DNA of 32,000 nucleotides, from positions 1,440,001 through 1,472,000 of the forward strand of contig OW818675.1 in NCBI GenBank assembly GCA_942493095.1, read 5' to 3'. Of the stretch, positions 26,689 to 32,000 are shown one piece after another. Each line of letters begins with the position of its first letter. Positions within the stretch are counted from its first letter, which is position 1. The DNA comes from Candidatus Electronema halotolerans. Lineage in GTDB: Bacteria; Desulfobacterota; Desulfobulbia; Desulfobulbales; Desulfobulbaceae. The position numbers and the translations under genes are program-made. The notes under the pieces were generated by a model. That model saw nothing but the letters and a program-made list of their open reading frames with translations. It made no database searches and was not told the DNA's origin.

Positions 26689-28488
26689 TCAGCCCCGGAT
26701 GCGCACGTTGCTCTGCTTGCGCAGGCGGATGATCTTGGGCGTGATCTCGACCAGCTCGTCGTCATTGATGTAGGAGATGCAGTCCTCCAAGCTCATCTGG
26801 CGCGGCGGGGTGAGAATGACCGCCTCGTCTGAGCCGGAAGCGCGCATGTTGGTCAGCTTCTTGCCCTTGGCCGGATTGACCACCATGTCCTCGCCCCGGC
26901 AGTTCTCACCGACAATCTGGCCAACATAGAGCGGCTCGCCCGGGCCGATGAACATGGTGCCGCGCTCCTGCAGGTTGAACAGGGCATAGGCCACGCTGGT
27001 GCAGTTCTCCTTGACAAGCAGCACCCCGTTCTGGCGGTTCTGAATATCGCCTGCGTGCGGCCCCCATTCAGCAAAGACATAGTTCATCACGCCCATGCCG
27101 CGAGTATCGGTCATGAACTGGGAGCGGTAGCCAAGCAGGCCGCGTGTCGGCACCTTGAAGATCATCCGCGACATGCCGTTATGGACCTTCATCTCAGTCA
27201 TCACGCCCTTCAGCCGTCCCAGCTTGTCAATCACCGCCCCCTGATACTGCTCATCCACATCCACGGTCAGTGACTCATACGGCTCCATCGTCTTGCCATC
27301 GACCTCGCGCATGATGACATGGGGCCGGGTGACTTGGAACTCATAGCCCTCGCGCCGCATCTTTTCAATCAGAATGGACAGGTGCAGCTCGCCCCGGCCT
27401 GAGACCCGGAAGCCGACTCCGTCAGTGAGCGGCTCCACCCGCAAGGCCACGTCGGCCAAGGTCTCCCGGTTCAGGCGTTCTTCAATATGCCGTGAGGTGA
27501 CGAACTTGCCGTCCTGCCCGGCAAAGGGCGAGTCGTTGGGGATGAAGTGCATGGAGATGGTGGGCGGATCAATCTCGACCAAGGGCAGGGGCTGCGGCTT
27601 GACAGGATCGACAAAGGTCACGCCCACGGTCACGTCGTCCATGCCGGCAATGGCGACAATGTCACCCGCGCCTGCGCTCTCAACCGGCACTTGTTCGCTG
27701 CCGGCAAAGCCAAATATCTTGCTGATCCGCACCGGCTTGATTGAGCCATCACGGCGGGCCACGGCTATGTTCTCATTCAGACGGAGGGTGCCGTTGGCCA
27801 GCTTGCCAATGCCCATCCGTCCCAAATAGGGCGAATAGTCAATAGTGTTGATCTGGAGCTGGAGCGGCGCGGCAATATCACCAGAAGGCGGCGGCACATG
27901 CTTGATGATCATCTCAGAGATCAGGTCCATGCCTTGGCCGGGCACCAGCGGCTCATGGTGATCAGCGACCATGCAGCCCTGCTTGGCTGAACCATAGACC
28001 ACCGGGAAATCAAGAATATGATCAGGGGCCTCCAAGCGCACGAGCAGATCAAAGACCTCATCCACAGCCCAGTCGCAGCGGGCCGCTTCCTTGTCAATCT
28101 TGTTGATCAGGACGAGGATGGGCAGGCCGACCGCCAGAGCCTTCTTGACCACGAAAAAGGTCTGCGGCATTGGCCCTTCCTGGGCATCAACCAGCAGTAC
28201 CGCGCCGTCGGCCATGCGCAGGACGCGCTCCACTTGGCCGCCGAAGTCAGCATGGCCGGGCGTGTCAATAATGTTGATCTTATAGTCCTTATAGATGTAG
28301 GAGCCGTTCTTTGAGGCGATGGTGATGCCCCGCTCCCGCTCCAAGTCCATTGAATCCATGAGTCGTTCCGCCACATGCTGATTGTCGCGAAACATGCCGC
28401 TCTGGTGAAAGAGTTTGTCAACAAGGGTGGTTTTGCCGTGGTCAACGTGGGCAATGATGGCCACGTTTCTGATTTTGCTCTGCTCCAT
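26689..28488 (-). CDS. typA: Translational GTPase TypA/BipA
   Basis: Start at ATG 28488 ([27 protein letters not shown]). G motifs [22 protein letters not shown]. 599 aa. The 67-codon N-terminal extension in the ORF track is non-homologous. Confidence 0.95.
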   Translation of the reverse strand: MEQSKIRNVAIIAHVDHGKTTLVDKLFHQSGMFRDNQHVAERLMDSMDLERERGITIASKNGSYIYKDYKINIIDTPGHADFGGQVERVLRMADGAVLLVDAQEGPMPQTFFVVKKALAVGLPILVLINKIDKEAARCDWAVDEVFDLLVRLEAPDHILDFPVVYGSAKQGCMVADHHEPLVPGQGMDLISEMIIKHVPPPSGDIAAPLQLQINTIDYSPYLGRMGIGKLANGTLRLNENIAVARRDGSIKPVRISKIFGFAGSEQVPVESAGAGDIVAIAGMDDVTVGVTFVDPVKPQPLPLVEIDPPTISMHFIPNDSPFAGQDGKFVTSRHIEERLNRETLADVALRVEPLTDGVGFRVSGRGELHLSILIEKMRREGYEFQVTRPHVIMREVDGKTMEPYESLTVDVDEQYQGAVIDKLGRLKGVMTEMKVHNGMSRMIFKVPTRGLLGYRSQFMTDTRGMGVMNYVFAEWGPHAGDIQNRQNGVLLVKENCTSVAYALFNLQERGTMFIGPGEPLYVGQIVGENCRGEDMVVNPAKGKKLTNMRASGSDEAVILTPPRQMSLEDCISYINDDELVEITPKIIRLRKQSNVRIRG

Positions 28489-28612
28489 TACTGCTCTGCT
28501 GCTCCTGAAAAAAATGAAACGGGCACGGTGTGCGCCCGGCGTATGAATGAAAAAAGACGGAATGTACCGCAGAAAGCGCAAAAAGACAAGGAGATTGGCA
28601 AAGAGACTGTTT

Positions 28613-29473
28613 TTAAGAAACTCCTGCCATGCCGCCGCTGTTCTCCCGCAGGCGCGGATCAACAACTTTCTCCATGCTGATGACGACAAAGGTGATGGTC
28701 ATGATCAGCAGGCAGAGGACCAGCACTGGCGGCAGGAGCCAGTTCCACCAGACATTCATGTAATAGAACTTCATTGCGTACTGAATCATCATGCCGAGCG
28801 ATTTCCGGCCCGGATCAGTCAAACCCATGAACGCCAAGGAAGCCTCCATGAAGATGGCCATCCGGCATTTGGCGGAAAAGCCGATCAGGTAGAGCGGGAA
28901 CAGCTCCGGCAGGAGATGGCGGGAGATAATATACCACGTGCTGGCCCCAAGCTGGACCGCTGCCCGGACATGCAGGCTCTCGCGGACAATCAGGGTCTGC
29001 GCCCGGATCGACTTGCAGGTGCCGGGCCAGGTCAGCAGGGCCAGAATCAGAGCCAGCACTAAGGGATGGGGCCGGAACACGGCAGAGACTAAGATCAGGA
29101 CCATGACTGAGGGCACGGCCATGAGCACGTCGGCCAAGCGCATCAGACTGAGATCGAGCAGGCCGCCGATCCAGCCGGAGAGCAGGCCAGTCAGCACGCC
29201 AATGGCCAATCCGGCGGCAGCGCAGACCAAGGCGAAGACTATGGTGTTGCGCACCGCATGAAGCAGCTCGGAGAGAATGTCCTGCCCGCAGTCGTTCACG
29301 CCGAGCAGATGCTCTGCTGAAGGCCGGGCAAAGGGTGTGGCATCCATAGCAAAGGGGTCATGCGGAGCCAGCAGCGGCCCGAACAGGGCGACTGTGGTGA
29401 AGAGCAGGAAGAGCAGGCCGCCCACGGCAAACCACGGGTCACGGAAGAAGATTGCGTTGAATTTCTGGTTCAT
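28613..29473 (-). CDS. ABC transporter permease, DppC/OppC/NikC type, without partner genes in the window
   Basis: Start at ATG 29473 (MNQKFNAIFFRDPWF...). N-terminal HLLGVNDCGQDILSEL motif. About six hydrophobic segments. An EAA-loop-like region (FMEASLAFMGLTDPG). Confidence 0.8.
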   Translation of the reverse strand: MNQKFNAIFFRDPWFAVGGLLFLLFTTVALFGPLLAPHDPFAMDATPFARPSAEHLLGVNDCGQDILSELLHAVRNTIVFALVCAAAGLAIGVLTGLLSGWIGGLLDLSLMRLADVLMAVPSVMVLILVSAVFRPHPLVLALILALLTWPGTCKSIRAQTLIVRESLHVRAAVQLGASTWYIISRHLLPELFPLYLIGFSAKCRMAIFMEASLAFMGLTDPGRKSLGMMIQYAMKFYYMNVWWNWLLPPVLVLCLLIMTITFVVISMEKVVDPRLRENSGGMAGVS

Positions 29474-29655
29474 GGCGAGTATTGGTGAACTTGATCTGAA
29501 CACAGGCTGTTTCAGATGTTCTGCAATGTACTCCAAGATGCCCGCGCCTTCCAGAGGCAATTGCTCCTTTGTCGTATGAACACCTTGCTTGACATCGTTC
29601 TCTTCTTGCAAGTATGATGGGCGGATTCCTGCAACTTGAATCCACGAGGTCAACC

Positions 29656-30555
29656 ATGCGCAAGCAGATTACGCTGTTCCTGTTTTCTTTTATGCTGCTC
29701 ACTGTTCCGGCTCTCAGCAGTCCGCTGCTTGATGCGGACGGCAGAGTGATCAAGGTTGACAAGCCGTTCACCCGGATTATTTCCCTGTACGCCGCTCACA
29801 CCCGCAACCTGCTTGACATGGGCGCGGGCGGTCAGATTGTCGCAACAGGCCGCAGCGACAAGCAGCTCCCAGACCTGCCCCGGCTCAGTTTTGGCGATGA
29901 TCTCGAACGACTGCTGGCCCTGAAGCCGGACTTGGTCCTGATCCGGCCCATGCTCAGTCATGCCCATTCTGAAACAGTGGAGCGGCTGACCCAGCGCGGC
30001 GTGGCCGTGGTCTCGCTCCAGCCCAATTCAGTCGAGGAAATGTTCCGCTACTGGGAGGCGCTCGGCACCTTGAGCGGCCACGAGCCAGAGGCCAAGGAGA
30101 TGATTGCCCGATTCGGCGCAGGCTTGGCTGCGATTGCCCGTCAAGTCGGGCAGGTGCCGGAAAGCCAGCGAAAAAAGGTCTATTTTGAGTCCATCCACAG
30201 CCGGATGAAGACCTTTGCCACAACCTCAATGGCCATCTTTGTCTTGCAGTCCGCAGGCGGGATCAACATTGCCAATGATGCTGTGCAGGTGCGCTCCACC
30301 AACATCGCCGAATACGGCAAGGAGCGCATTCTGGCCAAGGCTGATCAGATTGATGTCTTTCTTGCCCAGAAAGGACGGATGAATCCGGTGACACAAGAGA
30401 TGATCATGAAGGAACCGGGCTTTCAGGTGATTAAGGCTGTGCGGCAGGGCCAAGTCTTTCTGGTGGATGAAAAAAAGGTTTCCCGGCCAACTATGGATTT
30501 GCTGGAGGGCATTCAAGAAATTTTCGCCATCCTGCATCCAGAAGCCGGAGCCTGA
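29656..30555 (+). CDS. Periplasmic binding protein, class III (BtuF/FecB-like, cobalamin/iron-chelate type)
   Basis: GAGGT RBS 6 nt upstream of the ATG at 29656. Signal peptide MRKQITLFLFSFMLLTVPALS. Pattern RIISLYAAHTRNLLDMGAGGQIVA...LKPDLVLI is typical of Peripla_BP_2 proteins. Confidence 0.75.
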   Translation: MRKQITLFLFSFMLLTVPALSSPLLDADGRVIKVDKPFTRIISLYAAHTRNLLDMGAGGQIVATGRSDKQLPDLPRLSFGDDLERLLALKPDLVLIRPMLSHAHSETVERLTQRGVAVVSLQPNSVEEMFRYWEALGTLSGHEPEAKEMIARFGAGLAAIARQVGQVPESQRKKVYFESIHSRMKTFATTSMAIFVLQSAGGINIANDAVQVRSTNIAEYGKERILAKADQIDVFLAQKGRMNPVTQEMIMKEPGFQVIKAVRQGQVFLVDEKKVSRPTMDLLEGIQEIFAILHPEAGA

Positions 30556-30605
30556 TTTGTCTGCATTTCAGCGGCAAAATAGGGTACAATGCCTGCACAA
30601 ACCCG

Positions 30606-30628
30606 GACGGAACGCGCTTCCGTCTTTT
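30606..30628 (+). terminator. Rho-independent terminator candidate
   Basis: GACGGAA-cgcgc-TTCCGTC followed by TTTT. It begins ~50 nt after the stop at 30555. Confidence 0.55.
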
Positions 30629-30654
30629 CCGGCCTTTGACCCGCACGCTTGGCG

Positions 30655-32000
30655 ATGAAATTTCACCTGCCCAATTTCACCAAAAAAAAGAAGCCTGACC
30701 AGACGCAAGATGACTTCAGCACCCAGCAGCCCTTTGCCTTAGTCAAATATTTCTCCTTCACTTCCTTGGGCGTGTTCCTGCTCGCCACCCTGATCTTAGT
30801 TTTGAGCTTTTCCGGCAATGCCCGCCGGACCATGCTGGAGCGCAGTGAAATCTACTCGCGCATGTTTGCCGAGAGCCTGAACCGGCAGGTCTTTTATCTC
30901 TTTGTCCTGCCGACTTTTGTCCGCTACGGACGCATCGCCCTTTCTGATCCGATCCAGTTTGAGCAGCTGGACCTGATTGTCAGCGACATCATTCGCGGCA
31001 TGAAGATCAAGTCCGTGTCCATTTTTGACTCCAAGGAAAATATTGTTTCCTATTCGACCAAAGCCGAGCTGGTCGGGAAAAAAAACATTGGCGGGCTTGA
31101 GTACCAAGAGGCTCTGCGAGGCGAGAATTCCTCAGTGCTGATCGCCACCGGCTCCATGTTCAGCTTTCTGCCCGGCGCGCAGAGCGTGTCCTGCACCCTC
31201 AAGACCTATGTGCCTTTCCGGCAGGACAGCAGAAACGGCGGTTTGGGAGACATCATGGGCGTAGTTGAAGTGGAGCAGGATCTGTCCGGCGACATGGAGG
31301 CCCTGTTCTCGCTTCAGTTCAAAATCATTCTCCTCGCCCTGCTGGTGATGAGCATTCTCTTCTCCGTGCTCATCGCCCTTGTCATCCGGGCGGACCGGAT
31401 CATGGAAAAGAGAGCGCAGGAGCGGCGCGAATTGGAGCGGCAGCTACAAGAGTCCAAGCGGCTGGCCGCGCTCGGCAAGATGATCGCCTCTGTTTCGCAC
31501 GAGATCAAAAACCCCTTGGGCATTGTCCGTTCCACAGCGGAAATTATTGTCCGGCGGATCAGCAAGGTTGCGCCTGGCAACGAGCATTTGGCAGGAATTA
31601 TTGTTGAGGAAACCAGCCGTTTGGACAGAATTGTCCGGGAATTTCTTGATTTTGCCCGGCCCAAGGAACCAACGCTGGCCCACGGTTCGCTGAACGGGCT
31701 GATTGAGCGGCTTCTCACCTTTATGGAGCCAGATTTGCAGGCGAAAAATATCCTGCTCACCCTGCGCTTGGATGAAGATTTGCCGGAAGCGCTGATGGAC
31801 GGCGAGCAAATTTATCAAGTGCTGCTCAATATTGTCTTCAATGCGGTTCATGCCATGAGCGAAAACGGCGGCACCTTGACCATCCGCACTGCCGCGCTGC
31901 CGGAGGGCGGCGTTTCCGTGGCGATTGGCGATACTGGCTGCGGCATGGCGGAAGAAAAGCTGACTCAAATTTTCACCCCTTTTTACACGGATAAAAACCG
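30655..32000 (+). CDS. Sensor histidine kinase, 3'-truncated by the window edge
   Basis: My own translation from ATG 30655 is open to the window end. Two TM segments (FSFTSLGVFLLATLILVLSF and FKIILLALLVMSILFSVLIALVI). H-box LGKMIASVSHEIKNPLGIV. N box LLNIVFNAVHAM. G1 GDTGCGM. It is not in the ORF track because it is truncated. Confidence 0.85.
   Translation, partial: MKFHLPNFTKKKKPDQTQDDFSTQQPFALVKYFSFTSLGVFLLATLILVLSFSGNARRTMLERSEIYSRMFAESLNRQVFYLFVLPTFVRYGRIALSDPIQFEQLDLIVSDIIRGMKIKSVSIFDSKENIVSYSTKAELVGKKNIGGLEYQEALRGENSSVLIATGSMFSFLPGAQSVSCTLKTYVPFRQDSRNGGLGDIMGVVEVEQDLSGDMEALFSLQFKIILLALLVMSILFSVLIALVIRADRIMEKRAQERRELERQLQESKRLAALGKMIASVSHEIKNPLGIVRSTAEIIVRRISKVAPGNEHLAGIIVEETSRLDRIVREFLDFARPKEPTLAHGSLNGLIERLLTFMEPDLQAKNILLTLRLDEDLPEALMDGEQIYQVLLNIVFNAVHAMSENGGTLTIRTAALPEGGVSVAIGDTGCGMAEEKLTQIFTPFYTDKN

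Noticed and set aside
28489-28689. N-terminal extensions in the ORF track (typA to 28689, CotH to 3293, kinase to 4796, permease to 29653, BtuF-like from 29614, receiver from 21070, glnB from 7109)
   Set aside because: The extensions are non-homologous, often start at non-ATG codons and overlap neighbouring genes or terminators. Internal ATGs with an RBS and/or a signal peptide match the conserved N-termini.

Overview
High-GC chromosomal segment: a sampled 60-nt glnA line is 60% G+C. Gene content fits an anaerobic Desulfobacterota-type bacterium, but that is inference only. Left to right: (i) a minus-strand envelope cluster with a truncated membrane protein, a pentaheme c-type cytochrome, a secreted CotH-like kinase, a translationally coupled mazG-like/APH-type kinase/lipoprotein operon, and htrA/degP; (ii) a nitrogen-control cluster glnB-glnD-glnA with a strong sigma54-type promoter upstream; (iii) a low-GC island (four sampled 60-nt lines give 37-43% G+C) encoding one 1074-aa exported protein that combines an HExxH metalloprotease motif, a VWA/MIDAS domain and a C-terminal PPC-like domain, next to an intact IS4-superfamily element with perfect 19-bp inverted repeats; (iv) rpsU and xerD; (v) a five-gene signalling block (Tat-exported orphan solute-binding protein, HAMP histidine kinase, stand-alone receiver, REC-PAS-PAS-HK-REC hybrid kinase, and a receiver fused to a CxxC...CxxC domain) with no recognisable DNA-binding or HPt module; (vi) a CGGC-domain protein and a 132-aa unknown; (vii) a decayed ~0.7-kb insertion at the 3' end of typA, holding a second diverged copy of the typA 3' end, a UPF0175-like antitoxin, a truncated PIN-like toxin, a 46-bp tandem repeat and (GGGTGAA)x4; (viii) typA/bipA, an orphan DppC-type permease, a BtuF/FecB-type binding protein and a truncated sensor kinase. 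I saw no rRNA, tRNA or CRISPR array and no hallmark genes of known defence systems. The most interesting items are the foreign protease-VWA island, the Cys4 receiver output domain within an output-less phosphorelay, and the typA-end duplication. All family calls rest on motifs read by eye, not on database searches.
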